From the NCBI GenBank assembly GCA_038087875.1, contig CM075988.1, forward strand, positions 22,756,001-22,820,000: a DNA stretch of 64,000 nucleotides. Reading direction: 5' to 3'. The notes under the pieces were generated by a model. It was not told the origin of the DNA and did not search any database. It worked only from the letters and a program-made list of their open reading frames with translations. The DNA is from Malacoraja senta. Its lineage: Eukaryota. Below, piece after piece: positions 11,405-25,200 of the stretch. The position numbers and the translations under genes are program-made. Numbering within the stretch: the first letter of the stretch is position 1; each line of letters begins with the position of its first letter.

Positions 11405-12290
11405 ATTTACAATATATATTAATGATTTGGATGAAGGGATTACAAGTTACATTAGCAAATTTGCAGATGACACAAAGCTGGGTGGCAGTGTGAACTGTGA
11501 GGAGGATGCTATGAGAATGCAGGGTGACTTGGACAGGTTGGGGGAGTGGGCAGATGCATGGCAGATGCAGTTTAATGTGGATAAATGTGAGGTTATCCAC
11601 TTTGGTAGCAAAAACAGGAAGGAAGATTATTATTCCAAATGGCGTCGTTCGGAAAAGAGGAAGTACAACGGGATCTGGGGCTCCTTGTTCATCAGTCAAT
11701 GAAAGTATGCATGCAGGTACAGCAGGCAGTGAAGAAAGCGAATGGCATGTTGGCCTTCATAACAAGAGGAGTATAGGAGCAAAGAGGTCCTTCTGCAGTT
11801 GTACAGGGCCCTGGTGAGACCACACCTGGAGCATTGTGTGCAGTTTTAGTCTCCAAATTTGAGGAAGGACATTCTTGCTATTGAAGGAGTGCAGCGCAGA
11901 TTCACAAGGTTAATTCCCGAGATGGCGGGACTGTCATATGCTGAGAGAATGGAGCGGCTGGGCTTGGATACTCCTGATGCTGGGGTCCAAAACGAGGGGC
12001 CACAGTTTAAGAATAAGAGATAAGCCATTTAGAATGGAGATGAGGAAACACTTTTTTGCACAGAGAGTTGTGAGTCTGCGGAATTCTCTGCCTCAGAGTG
12101 CGGTGGAGGCCGATTCTCTGGATACTTTCAAGAGAGAGCTAGATAGGATTCTTGAAGATAGCGGAGTCAGGGGGATATGAGAACGCAGGAACGGGGTACT
12201 GATTGTAGATGATCAGCCGTGATCACATTGAATGGCGGTGTTGGCTTGAAGGGCCGAATAGCCTACTCCTGCACCTATTGTCTATTGTCT
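11405..12290 (+). mobile_element. CR1-like LINE 3' fragment (RT C-terminus and 3' UTR) with internal deletions
   Basis: FTIYINDLDEG..ISKFADDTKLGG and WQMQFNVDKCEVIHFG; 3' UTR gaatggcgg...cctactcctgcacctattgtctattgtct. Confidence 0.9.
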
Positions 12291-13922
12291 TCTAAAAATC
12301 AAAGTACTATATTTCTTAACTGAAGGCCAGCGCAGGGATGATGAGTGATTGAAACTTAGCGAGTCATATAGCATGGAAACAAGCCCTTTGGCACAACCCA
12401 TGTCGACCAAAATGCCCCATCTAAACTAGTCCCCCTTTGGCCCATATCCCTCTAAACCTTTCCTATCTAGCTGTCCAAATGTCTTTCAAATGTTATGGGG
12501 AACAGAATTTTGGGTTGGCAAGTTTGTGAGCAGCTTCCTAAGAATCCGTTGAAGAAGGCTAGTCTCTGGGTGACATAAACATGGATGAAGCTTTTAGCAC
12601 TAAATAAACTGAAACAGGTGATGCTATGAGATGGAAATAGGCGGCCAGTGATGCTGTTAATATGTAGTCTGAAGGTCAGCTCATCTGTGGTTTAACTCTG
12701 AGATCTAGGCTGTAAACAGTCTTGTTCATTTTCAAGTAATTGGGAACAGAGGGAAAATTCTAGCGAGCAGTGTTTTTTGACTCTTAAATTGAATGCCTTA
12801 ATCTTTCCAATATTTAATTAGAATAATATCTGCTTATCCAGCACTGTATATCAAAGAAGAAATTCTGCTTATCCAGTACGGTATATTGGAGAAGACATTT
12901 ATAGTGAAGGTGGTGGCTTGAAGAAAGGTGATGGTGAGGAAGTATGTTAATGAGAAGTCACCAGAACAATTATTTATGCTTAAATTTAAAAAAAATGCCA
13001 GTCATTAATGCCTTGAAAATAATATTACATTTATAAAGATTTGCAATACTGCATTTTCGCATATGTATTATATTTAAAGAAAATCAAATGAAATAGTAAA
13101 CTACTTCCCCAAGAAATCAGTTTTTTTGCCACAATTGGTTTATAAGTTGTGTGGTTGTTGGTGTGTCGCAAAGCATTTTAGCAGCTAAGTTTTTTTACCA
13201 AAGCAGAATTTAGCAATGCCTCTATGATGTACATTGTGCTCACTTCAGTGCTAATTTGATGCCTGCTCATATGTACATACTGTTGATTGAAGAAGGGTGT
13301 ATGATGACATGTATTTATATTTCAGTATGTGTGCAGTCATAATCAGTGAAGCTAATCAGTTCGCTCAAATATATCTTGACTTTATATGAAGGTTGCTTTT
13401 TTATGATAGCTGCGCTGCCTCTGAAAAGACATAATTTTGGATATGGTAGAGCAAGAAAGAGAAAGGTTGTGTTAAATCTATTTGACAGAACAAAATATTG
13501 GGTCCAGCTTGGATTCGTACTACAATCTACTTTAATGTACGTATAAAGAATGTAATTATATCTTAATTTTTATTGCTAGTTAGTGTTGAACATTTGGACT
13601 CTAGGACATTGGGTCTAGTGTGGATTTATACTAGAATTTAGTTTCATATATGTGTAAAGAATGTAATTATAACTTAATTTGAATTGTTAGTTGTTGGTGT
13701 TTTTCACAGCAATAAAAACGTAAGGTCATCTGTTTGCAAATGTGGTATGTGTGGATTAGTTTCTTAATGAATGCTTTGCAAAAGAGGAAGGCAATGCTGC
13801 TCTGCGTTAAGGTAAAAGTGTGTGAAATATTGGATGGGATAAACCTAGAAAGAGGAAGCATTAATTGCTTTAGCAATTTTGAACATTGATAAATATCTAG
13901 ACAAAATTAATATATTCTAGGT

Positions 13923-14490
13923 CAGGAGTCGGCAACCTACAGTCCCCGGGACGAATGCGGCCTGTAACCCGAAATCAACCGGCTCGCAGGCGTGGGTTTT
14001 TTTCCGTAGTCATCTGGCCCGCAGACTTCCTTCATCTCTGGTACCTCCGGGGCCTGAGGCGCCCTGGCGCGGTGACGGCAAGGTGTCCGCAATTGCAGAG
14101 CCGCAGAGTGCCCGAGTGGGGCCGAGCGCCGAGCCCTGGCTGTACCGCATCCTGCGCAAAGCCGCCAGCACGGCCGCGCACCTTCTGTGTCTGGGCTTCA
14201 CTGTCGGGATCGGGGTTGTCAATAGGCCGGGAACGAGTGAGTGAGTATTTGAGCCACCACCTTCAGGACAGAGCCAAGGCAATGGTCCGTAGGTGCGCCG
14301 CGTTCGTGAGCAACCGTAATTAGGGGCCAGTGCTCTGGGTGGTGTCCTCGAAGGGGTGAGATCCATGTGAACACGTGATTTGATGCTTGCCATCCAGGGC
14401 GGGATGGGGGCGGGATCTATGTGAACACGTGGTAGATGTGGCCCGCCATCCGCTCCTGGTCCCTATGCAGAACAAGGTTGCCGACCCCTG
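13923..14490. mobile_element. Non-autonomous hAT (Charlie-like) DNA transposon
   Basis: TIRs CAGGAGTCGGCAACCT / AGGTTGCCGACCCCTG; 8-bp TSD TTCTAGGT / TTCTAGGC (7 of 8 match, resembling the Charlie NTCTAGAN target); GC-rich interior. Confidence 0.88.
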
Positions 14491-15039
14491 TTCTAGGCTA
14501 TTGAAGGAAGGATGGAAATTATGGAAGGTTTGACTACATTCCTTTATTCTTCAGTTGGAGGTCCACTAACATCCTACCTTTTCCTTAAAAGGGGGGAAGA
14601 GATAAACCAAGTTATTATCAGCTAAAATGGATAGGGGTGTGTCTAACTAAAAGAAACGAGAGAATCGATATGAATGGATTATTTTTGGATTGGTGGTAAG
14701 TAATGAGTGGTGGTGCCACAGAGATCAGTCCTGTGGCCATAACTATTTATAATCCACATTGACGACATAGATGAAGATATCAAGTGTGCTGTTGCCATAT
14801 TTACTGCTGAAAGCAACAATAAGTGAGTTAGTAAGTTGTAAGGAGGATACAAAGAACTTGCTGAGGGAGTAAGGCGTTGACAGATAGAATTTATTGTTGG
14901 AAAATTGTGACATTATATATTTTGGAAATGAGAATGAAGAGACAGATTATTATTTACACGGAATGACACCACAAAGTGTTGTAGTTCAATGGGACCTGAA
15001 AATTTAAGTGTATGAAATTTAAAATATTGCCATGCAGGT

Positions 15040-15980
15040 ATAACAAGCTCCCCACCTACCCCTTACCTTCTTCAGTTCCCCTGCAACTGCAGAAGGTTCA
15101 AGACTTATCTCTACACCTCCTCTCTCGCACCCATTTAAGGACTAGAACGGCCCTTCCATGCAAGTTGGTTTTAAAGGTGCTATCTTCAAATGTCTGTTGC
15201 ATTTGGTGCTCTTGATGTGGCCTCATCTATGTTGGATGGATCGGTGTGGACACTGGGTGTCCTCTTCGACCAACACTTGGACTTTATACCCCAGGCCCAG
15301 TTGGAACTTCCGGTTGCAAGCCACTTCAATTCCTCTTCCCTTTCCCATACTGACCTGTCTGTCCTAGCCATTGCCAGACAGAAGCCACATGCAACCTTGA
15401 AGAACAGCACCTCATATTTCGCTATCCAAGCGAACTACATTGTATAGCCTACACCCCAATGGAACGAACAACCCAATGAACAGTGGATTCTCCAATTTTA
15501 GGTAAACATCCTCCTCTCCCTTCTCCCCTTCTGATCTTCCTACATCCACACGCATACCTTTCTTTCCATTCCCTCTACCCCTGTCACCTAGCTTCTTTCC
15601 CTCTCCTCATTACCCTTCCCCCACAGGCTGCACATAAATACAGCACCCCTCCCAAATGATTTTGCATTTCACTCCTCACCATCCGTTCTTATTAGATTCC
15701 CCTCATCTGCAGTCCTACATTTTCTCCACTTATCACCTCTAGTCTTTATGATAATGTCCACTCTTTTCTCATCTGTTCCATTTGTCAATTGACACCCCCC
15801 CCTTTAATCTGGATCCACATATCATTTGCCAGCACTAATCCAGCCCCCATCCCCTCACCTCTTTCTACCAGCTGTTTTACCCCTACTCCAAAAGAAGGGT
15901 CTTGACTCACAACATAGTTTGCGCATTTTTCTCCATAGATGTTGCCTAACCCGCTGAGTTCCTCCAGCTGTTTGTTTTTC
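15040..15980 (+). mobile_element. Degenerate Penelope-like element 3' part
   Basis: LPVASHFNSSSLSHTDLSVL and LEEQHLIF-like motifs, a polypyrimidine UTR and a degenerate terminus. Confidence 0.75.
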
Positions 15981-16064
15981 CTTGAGACTAATGGAATGTT
16001 GACCTTTCAACTAGTAAAGAATGCAAAAGAAGAGAGTTTTTGATGCACGTCATGGTGTACCATG

Positions 16065-16380
16065 GTGACACAACAAGTAGAATTGCAGTGCAAGAGGTTC
16101 GGGTTCAATCCTGAGCTCAAGTGCTGTCTGTGCGAAGTTTGCATGTTCTCCCTGTAACTGCATGGATTTCTTTCCACATTCTAAAAATGTGGGGCTTGGG
16201 TAGGTTAATTAGCAATTGTAAATCATCCCTGGTGTGCAAGAGAAGTGGTAGAAAGAATCTGGTGGGAGTTGATGAAAATGTGAGCAGATAAAAACGGGAT
16301 TAATGTAGTGCTAAAGGGTAGTTTATGCTCTGGGAGGACTTGGGTTAAAGCGCTTTTTTTCCAGTGCTGTTCTTTATGAT
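16065..16380 (+). mobile_element. tRNA-derived SINE
   Basis: gggttcaatcct B box and gaagtttgcatgttctccct core. Confidence 0.7.
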
Positions 16381-17004
16381 ATACAGCACTGGAAAAAGTC
16401 TCAATACAATTCCATAGGGAGCATAAACCACCCTTTGTCATTAATCCTACATTAATCCCATTGTTGTTCTGCTTACATTCTCATCAACCCCATCAGATTC
16501 TACCACTTCCCCTACATGATTATGGCAATTCTTTCCACGATATTGGTGAGACCACACCTACATATAGTTTTGGCTTCTATATTTACAGGACCGTGTGATT
16601 GGCATTGGAGGCAGTGCAGATAGATTTAGTAGGTTGGTTCTTGCAATGAAGAAATGTTGAGTCGGTTCAAGCAAGCTGCCAGAGAACATGGTGGAGGCAG
16701 AATGGGAAAGTGGTGCTGAGGCCAAGATTGGACCAACTGTAATCTTATTGAATGGTGGAGCAGGCTTGCAGGGCCAACTGGCCTACTTCTGCTCCTGTTT
16801 CCTATGCTTATATGTTCTTGTGAAGGATTTACAAATTAGCAGATTTGTTTTGATGTTTGCCAGACATCAGAACACAGTTCTGCATTCCATAAGATTTTTT
16901 AAATCGTGACATGAATGGGTAAACAGGAATTTGATTTCATTTCTTCTTTGAAAAAGGGCAATAAATCGATTATGCTCCTTTCTTATACTGTCTAACGTTA
17001 CCTT

Positions 17005-17720
17005 TCATAGAATCATACAGCACAGAAATGTGCCCTGTGGCCCAACTCGCCTAGGCTGCTCTATACAGTATGTCCATCTAAGCAGGTCACATTTGCTCGT
17101 GTTTTACAAATGTTCCTCTGAACCTTCCCTATCTAGTCCAAAATGTCCTCTAAATATTGTTATTGTACAGATACCCTGGCAGCTCATCCACATACGTATC
17201 ACCTGTAGAAAAAGTTCACAGATTCCTATTACATTTTTCCCTCTCTCCTAAACAATCCCCTCTGGTTCTTAATTCCCCAATACTGGGGAATAAAAATATG
17301 TTATGTATGTTATGTATCCTATCAGCTAGCTTTCCCTGGAATGGATGGGATCTAATCTTTCAGAGCAGTGTAGCATGCGGAATTTTATCAAAGCGCTTGC
17401 TAAAATTTACATGGACTACATCTACGGCCCTACCCTCATTGAACTTCTTGGTTACTTTTTTAGAAAACGGAATCAAATTTGTGAGACATGTTCTCCCATG
17501 CACAGAGCTGTGCTGACTATCCCAAATCGACCCCATCTTTCCAAATGCATGTATATCTTATCCCTCAGAATCCCCTCCAGTAACATCCTACCACAGATGT
17601 TAGGCTTACTGGTATATAATCCCCAGATTTTTCTTTAATGCATTGATATCAACCAGGCCTCCTGCAATTTCTTCCGTAGGTTCCCACTGTGTACTTGGAT
17701 ATACTTGATAAAGCCCCAGA
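17005..17720 (-). mobile_element. CR1-like LINE fragment with large internal deletion
   Basis: Minus-strand equivalents of the SQHG, CLTNL..F and AVDVV.MDF.KAFDK motifs, plus a CR1 tail near 17005-17050. Confidence 0.7.
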
Positions 17721-18579
17721 CGATAAAGCCCCTGATAAAGCTGAAGTATTGTTTTAATTGGAGTATATCCTAGCTAAAATAGTCACCTTTACAGCACCAC
17801 CTACTGGATTCTGGAAAGAAATCCAGAAAAGAAAATAATATATAAACTAGACTGATAATTTGTAAAGGCTAGTTTCATCCAAGGACAAGCTGTGCAACTA
17901 ATTCATGCATAATGGCAATTGCATAAGAGGATTCACTTCTGGATTAACTCTAAGACTTCTAATAATAGAATTTGTAGATGTGCATCGTATTTCATTCATT
18001 TAATTACATTGAACTTTGTATGATAATTAGGATCCTAAATGCATACAGATCATTGTGAAATCATGGTCCTTTCTCTGTCTTGAACAGTAGAGCAAAAGTT
18101 CAGATCAATTTGCTAAATATGATTTTATTTTTACAGAAGCAGAATAATGATTTTTAAATTAGTTTTCCCTATTGACGTCACATCTTTTTGGATATGATTA
18201 TTAAATTATATAATCTGACAATTAAATGTAAATGGCTAATTTTGTTTTTGTTTGGACTATTTTGCTGTAGAGTTTTTTTTTTTGCTGGATAAGTTTTAAC
18301 TTTTCAATTTCACCTGTAGCAATTTGAGCATCATTAGTACCAGAAGCTATCTAATGCTTAACTCTTGAATTTTTTTTTAGCACTGAGTTGTCAATGAGTG
18401 GTAGGGAGTGAATTGTTATAAAAGACTGTCAAGAGCAGATGTTGATACACATCCAGGCATAGAGTGATACAGCGTGGAAACAGGCCCTTTGGCCCAACTT
18501 GCCCACTCTGGCCAACATGTCCCATGTATTTTTCAGTCACTGAATAATGATTTGATTATTATTACAATACGAAGAAAAT

Positions 18580-19040
18580 TCAGGGAACTGCAGATGCTGC
18601 TATACAATAAAAGATGCAAAGTGCTGGAGTAACTCAGCGGATTAGGCAGTATCTCTGGAGAAAATGGTTAGGTTCTTCAGACTGATTGTGGTGGGGGCGG
18701 GGGGAAAGCTGGAAGAGAGGTGGGGCAGGCCAAAGCCAGGTGCATGGTAGTGGATACAGGTGAGGTTTTTTTTTATGGTTGAAAGTCCAGAGATGAAAAG
18801 ACAAAATGTGTGAGATAAGGATAGAAGAAGTGAATTCTGAAGCCAGAAGAATAGGTGGAAAGGGAGGAGGAAGGGGAGAAATGAGTGAGTCCAGGTATAG
18901 CACATGGAAAAAAGGGTGAAGGAAGGAAAAAAAGTGTTGATTGTAGGTTTGTACCTAAAATTGGAGAATTAATTGTTCGTACCATTCGGATGTAAGCTCC
19001 CCAAGTGGAATATGATGTTCTGTTCCTCCAGTTTGCGTGA
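18580..19040 (-). mobile_element. Penelope-like element 3' fragment
   Basis: Minus strand reads aaactggaggaacag..catattccacttgggg (KLEEQ..IFHLG), then a polypyrimidine UTR and the terminus cagtctgaagaa...gagttactccagcactttg. Confidence 0.8.
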
Positions 19041-22000
19041 TAATACAAATTTTGGCTAAAACTACTTAATTTAACTTGTAACCTTGTCCCTTTCCTTTTT
19101 GCGTGACCCAGTTATGTATTTTTTAATGTTTTTATTCTTCGATCGGACAATGATATAGTACAGAGAATGTAAGAAGTTATTGATCTTTCTCAAAATTTAA
19201 TGTTCTTTCTGGTATGTTGGAAAAATTAATACACGATAAAGTTATTACGTCCACCTTTATTGGAAAGAATCTTGATCCATTGGATCATGTAATATGAATA
19301 TTTGTTACTTTTGAGACTTTTATAATCATAAGGACTGTCTTATGAGACTTTTTTGGCATGCAGTGATATTTATAGAAAGTTAAAGCACCAGCCTACGAAG
19401 AGTCATTTGATAAACCAGATGCACTTTGTTTCTGTTCCTTGCAACTTGCATGTAAAGCCAAAGTCAATTTTATTCGTCACATGCACCCAAAGGTGCAGTG
19501 AAATGAATTTGCCAGCAGCGATACACTTAAAAAGAACACACAATACACAATAAGATTTAACATAAACATCCATTGCAGTGGGTATGATTCTGTACCCACA
19601 GCAATGGACTTTGATGAGAAGTTAAGAATCTAATAGTATCTAATAGAACCAGCAAATGTCTTGGTTAGTATTTACCTCTCAATTAAATTTAAAAATAATC
19701 TCTTAGCTATGAGGAAAGATTGGATAAGTTTGAGTTATTTTCATTGTGTCAGAGCAGAATCAGGGGATATTTGATTGCATAAAATTACTAGGGGTTTGAA
19801 TAGAGAATGGGAAGTAACCTTTTCATCGTTAAAGATCTTAATAAAGCAGGGCTATCGATTAATGACATTGGCAAAAGTATAAGAGAAAAGCTGAGGAAAA
19901 ACATTCCGCCCAGGGGATGTTGGGAACGTGGAACTCGTTGCCTCGAGGAGTAGCAGAGGCAAAATTAAAAAAAAAAATTTGGAATGCTCAGCAACTTAGG
20001 CCGCATTTGTGGGAAAAGAAACAGTGTTAATGTTTCAGGTTAACGACCCTTCATCAGAACTTGAGAATCAGACATTCTTCATCATACTTAAAACAATATT
20101 TGGATCTGTACTTGGCAAGTGTAATCTGTAGAGCAAGTTGTGGTGTGCAATTGGATGCCATTTGTCTTTGTTAACTGTAGGGATCGCATTTAAAAAAAGT
20201 AATGAAGTGCTTACAGAGTGATTATGAAAATCCCCGTTGCTATAGAAATGTAGTTTTTAAATTTCTCTCTGCATTGGAATGGAAATTCAAATGAAATAAT
20301 GGCTGACTTTCAATTGCCTTCAGTAACATCATTTTGGATTATTTAATTCCTTTATTCATTTCCTTTATAAATATCTCAAACATTGGCTAGACTTGCAATG
20401 AAATCACCTATCCCGCTATTGCAGTTGTCATCTTAACGAACTTTGACAACTTTCTAAATAGCTGACTGTGCCACTGCTTGTGGAAATGAAGTAGAACTAA
20501 ACAAATCAACCTTTATTGATTTGAAGTAGAACTACTAGCATCTATTCACAAAAATTGGCCACATTATCAATTTGACTTGTTTGTTATTGTTTGAAGATAT
20601 ACCAATTAATTATTGGAGAAAATACAGGAGCCGGACAGCTAGTCTTAAGGATAGCTTCTTCCACACTGCTCTCAAGCTCCTGAACCAATCATCTCTTTCA
20701 TACCACCTTCCCAGAGTGCTGCTATGTACTCTTAACTCTATTTCAATTGGCTATTCCATTACTCACTGGTCATTTTGTTTATTGTTATATTTACCATTAC
20801 TGTGTGCATACCGTTTACTCTGAGCTTCATGTGAACAGAAATTTTATTGCACCCTGGCGTATATTCCATTTAACTAATCTGAATCTGATTCATTGTTTTG
20901 CTCAAGGTCAGGCTGGTTATGTTCAATCTTTGTCAAGTCTTATAAAACAATCATAAAGTTCAGCATTAGCACTCATTAACACATTGTTCATGCTTGCAAA
21001 GTTTGCGCAATCTGACTCGAATTATGAGTCAAGAAATACATTTTGACGGATTTTTTTCCCTTTTAATCTCCATGGTGTCTCTGGAAATTATTTTCTCTGT
21101 TCTGCAACAGTAGTCCCAGATGTTAGTTGCATAATGAGAAATTGGATGGATGGATTAAGAAATTAATATGGGAAACTTATTAGCATGACTGTACTGCATT
21201 GACTGAAATGCAGTTTTTCCTGAACTTTTCCTGAAGGTGTTATCAACCTTGATCACAAGACAAGAGTTGTTGAATTGGAAATACTGGTTCACAATAAATA
21301 GTCTCACCATTTTTAAGCACGAAGCATGTTTTATTTAAATTTACAACTGATTGATTTGATGATGCCAATTATATTTTATATCCATTAAATTAGGGTCGTC
21401 AGTACCATTTATGAACGTCTAATTTAGCTTACTGCATAATTTTTAAATAAAATCCAGCCTTTGGAAGAGGAATGAATGCTTAAGATAGCTGGGAAAGTTT
21501 GTAGCCAGTACTAAATTGTGCCAGGGGTAGTACTGGGAATTGTTGGCTCGAGAGATTGCCTGACACTAAAGCATGTGATTATATTGCATGGTTTCTGATA
21601 GCTATTCAGTCAACATAGCGTTTGTAGGTCAGCATATTATTGCTGTGGAGTGGTGACATTTATCTGGCTACATTAACGTGGGTCTTTGCAATTGCTTCGT
21701 TAATAATGCTATCGCTATACATATATAATCTTAAAACTTAAAAAGATCTGTGTAGAAATTAGAGTGTTCTGCTAAGAGGAAATAATATATTTAAATGCTG
21801 ATGTTTAAAAAAAAATGTTTTCTGTTCACATATTTACCTCACATATGTAAAACTTAATTTCAAGATATCAAAGTGCTTGTGGTAGCAGTGGAATATTGTA
21901 TGAATTCCTAATTGGTATCTTTGGAACAATTGTCTCATGCAGAATCCCCATATAATTTCTGAGAAATGGCATCATAGCAGAAAAAATATGTTCTGCATAT

Positions 22001-23158
22001 TTGTCCCTGTTTGCTTTGAGCAGGTATTTTAAATCAAAGATAAGCCACTGTATATCCATGGTGGATTTGCTGAAGTTAGATCTAACTTGGCCTTGTTTGG
22101 ACATGATTTCAGCTAAATGATTGGTGACGTTAGTTACTATTATAAACTAATCTTGCTGAGTATTTTCAGAAATAGTTTCATCACCTTTTAAAAATAATTG
22201 TTAATGCAGTGCACTGTTGCGCATTGTTCACAAATTGTGTAACACTGTTCATTCAAAGGAACCAAGCTAGTCAAAAGACAAACAACAGGAAATACTGCTG
22301 TACACTGCAAGTTCCTGTTGTTCAACCTGAAGCATTATTACTCTTTTGACAATGGAAACAGTATTTAGTGGTCAGTTAACATGCATTAATACTAGTTTGT
22401 GAAAAAAGAAATTATTAAACATAGCTGGTTGCCTGCTTGTTTTTAATTACCTTTTTCCTGTGGCACAGTCCTGTTGCTCCCCTTGATGTTTTCCTTTGGC
22501 CTATTTCATACTAAGTGTGTTACACATTAAACATTCAAATTAACAATTTAGTTGTATGATTTATTTTATCCAAGTATGAAATATTCTTTGTGCATCTTTG
22601 CAAACACTAGATTTGGCACAGTGCACTCACACATTCATAGTTCAAATGTATCTGATTTGAAGTTTGGATCTTACTTTCTAAATATTTGTGTGCATGCATT
22701 CCAAGTTAACTTTGGGTGTGTTGTACAAAGATAGAGTAATTTAATTTCAGCGGTATAATCACAAGAAGACTTTGGAGTTTATGCAAGCATAATAAAAACA
22801 AAACATGTTGAAAATTCTTGGCTTGTTTTGCAGGATCTGTGGAGAGACTTAACAGTTCACTTCTCTGACCTTCATCAAAATGGTTGCAAAGATGAGTATG
22901 TTCCGATGCAAGGTCATTGAACTGAAATATTAACTGTTTCACTATCCTACGATACTGCACGATGCTGACCTTTTCTAGCATTTTCTATTTTAGTTAATTT
23001 GGCTATCATCTATTGTATTTCGCTTCATGTTTATTTTCTGAAATTTATTTTAGGTTTCTGCAGCCTTCCAAAAATAGAAATTTTGATTAGTACTTATAAA
23101 CAATTTCTATAAAAAATACTGCAGCAACCATTAAACTAGAGTATCGAATGTTCATATA

Positions 23159-23960
23159 CAGGCACTTCCCAACTTGGGTAATAGGCGAGTTATGTAAACT
23201 CACACTTATGTAAACAATTCACAATAGGTGGTCCCGTTTCCTGAATGACCCGTGTTATTGCAACTAGAGGATGGCGCGAGCCCGTCCGTTTCATAGATAT
23301 GAAATTTTCGCCCGGGCTCGCTGGGCAGGCAAGGGAGGCGGTGGAGAGCAAGTCCTTGCTGAGTCGACATGTTCCACAAAGTGCACCAGGGAGCCCTTCA
23401 CTCACTGCCACACCGTCCAGTGGACACGGCTGTTCTTGCGGCTCACATTGTAGGTCCCGGCTATCAGCGCTTTCTTCAGGCTGCCGCCACTGACAGGACG
23501 AGCTTCGTCACCGTGGGGGTCCCTCCCCTCTCACCAGCTTCTGCTTCTTCCTGTCTTCCATCGCTTTGACCGCTCCCTCCTCCTCCACCGCTGCCTCATC
23601 CTCCTTCTCCCATTGCTTTGTCCACTCTCCCGATTCCCCCATCACCATTGCCTCCTTATACTCCCCCGGAGTCGCTGACATATTCCAAGGTGGAAGATGT
23701 CGGTGCATGCAGGTGAGAAGGAGAAGGTGGTGGGGGGGGGGGGGTGAGGAGAGAGCAGACAAAGCAACAGTCAACAGCTGGCAAGAGGGGAGGGTGCCCC
23801 ATGGTGATGGAGCACGTCCTGTCGGTGGTGGCGGGCTGAAGAAAGCTCTGTCAGCCAGGGCGTACAACATAAGCCGCAACAACAGCCTTGTCAACCAGAC
23901 GGCGCGGCACCTGGTGAAGAAGGGCCCGTTGATGCAGACCAGCACCATTGGCGCCTAGTT
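23159..23960. mobile_element. Possible decayed DNA transposon (Tigger-like end) forming a GC-rich island
   Basis: Begins ta|CAGGCACTTCCCAACTT followed by repeated ttatgtaaac sub-terminal motifs. I found no second TIR and no recognisable protein. Confidence 0.3.
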
Positions 23961-24409
23961 CAAAGGTGAAATGACACAAAGTGCTTTAGTAACTCAGTAG
24001 ACTGAAACAGTATGAAGAAGGGTCCTGGCCTATAACCCCACCTATCCCTGTTCTCCAGAGATACTGCCTGACCCGAGTTACTCCAGCACTTTGTATTTGT
24101 TTATTAAATAGTTTTTTAAACAAAAGGTAATCATTATTGCAAAGTTGACGACAAAAATAGGGCCTCTATTCTAAAGCAAAATTATTAAGTGAAGCACTAC
24201 GATATTTAACATTTATAAATATGATCAACAATAAAAAAGTAGAACACAAACTGGTTAAACAAAGAAGTGATAATCGTTAACAAATTTAAGTTTTAGAAGC
24301 TTGTTTCATAGAGGTTGTAAAGTATGAATTGGACTGTGAAACCATGTATTTAATCTTGCTTTCATGGGAGGATACAACAAAGAAGATTAGTTCCTAGGAT
24401 TATGTATTT

Positions 24410-25200
24410 AGGGTTTTATAGTAGACCATTTTCCATTTCCGAGGAGCCACCTGGAACAAACATCATTGATGAGGTTCTACACTGCGTCCAGAGCACGAGT
24501 AACGACTTCAGCCACCTGAACAAAAATGCTTGTAGATTAGGAGCTCCAACTCGACAAACGTTTCCGAGTCTAACAGTCAGCGCTGATCCCTGGCTTCCTA
24601 TATGATTCAAAGATGCAGGCTCCCTATATCAGGCACAGCTAAGTATTGAAGATGAACAACATATGCTGTCTCCACAAATCCTCTAAAGCCATTGGTAGGA
24701 TAAGTGAAGCAGTGTCACCATTCTCTTCTGGACCAAGATCCCCAGCAACAGGCTCTAATTATACACAGCTGACTCTGATGGATGGGCCATCTTGTTTACG
24801 TGCCCAACACCTGACTCTTGAAACAGGCACTGTACTGTTGAGCTTTGTCATGGCTAGATATTACTGGGAGGACAGAGGAAACGAGTCAAGCATGTTTTAA
24901 AAGCCTCCCTGACAAAATTTAACATTCTCACTGACCTTTGGGAACCTCTGGCCCAGGAGTGCTCAAACTGGAGAAGAAACATCCAGGATTTTACTGAAAG
25001 CTTTGAGTATCTTTATTAAGAGCTTGCGGAAACCGAGCGAGAAAGGGGAAAGGCATGTACCTCTTCCCTCACTATCTACCTACCCCCATCCTATCGAGTC
25101 TGCAGATGTTATATTGGCCACACTATCGTATTGGCTAAATTATCCACCAACCCATCTGCCTTCTACTACCCAAGACCAAAGATAGGCACCGAGGCACAAT
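24410..25200 (+). mobile_element. Old RTE (BovB-like) LINE 3' fragment
   Basis: aaagcctccctgacaaaatttaacattctcactgacctttgggaacctctggcccaggag...tggaga resembles KASLK.FNI..D.WE.LAQDR..WR; an upstream EI.HR.Q.AS..F..L-like segment is also present. Confidence 0.55.

Larger units (their letters stand above)
14530..16820 (+). mobile_element. Old CR1-like RT remnant split by a Penelope fragment (about 15040-15980) and a SINE (about 16065-16380)
   Basis: gagtggtggtgccacagagatcagtcctg resembles SGVPQGSVLG; CR1 3' UTR gaatggtggagcaggc...cctacttctgctcct near 16750-16820. Confidence 0.6.

Noticed and set aside
13955..14393. ORFs of 122-127 aa on both strands
   Set aside because: They lie in the GC-rich interior of a non-autonomous hAT element and have no recognisable domain.
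18173..18180. Full CRE palindromes TGACGTCA (also at 52404-52411 and 58728-58735) in a CREB-pathway kinase gene
   Set aside because: A few 8-mers in 64 kb can occur by chance, one lies inside a CR1, and there is no conservation evidence.
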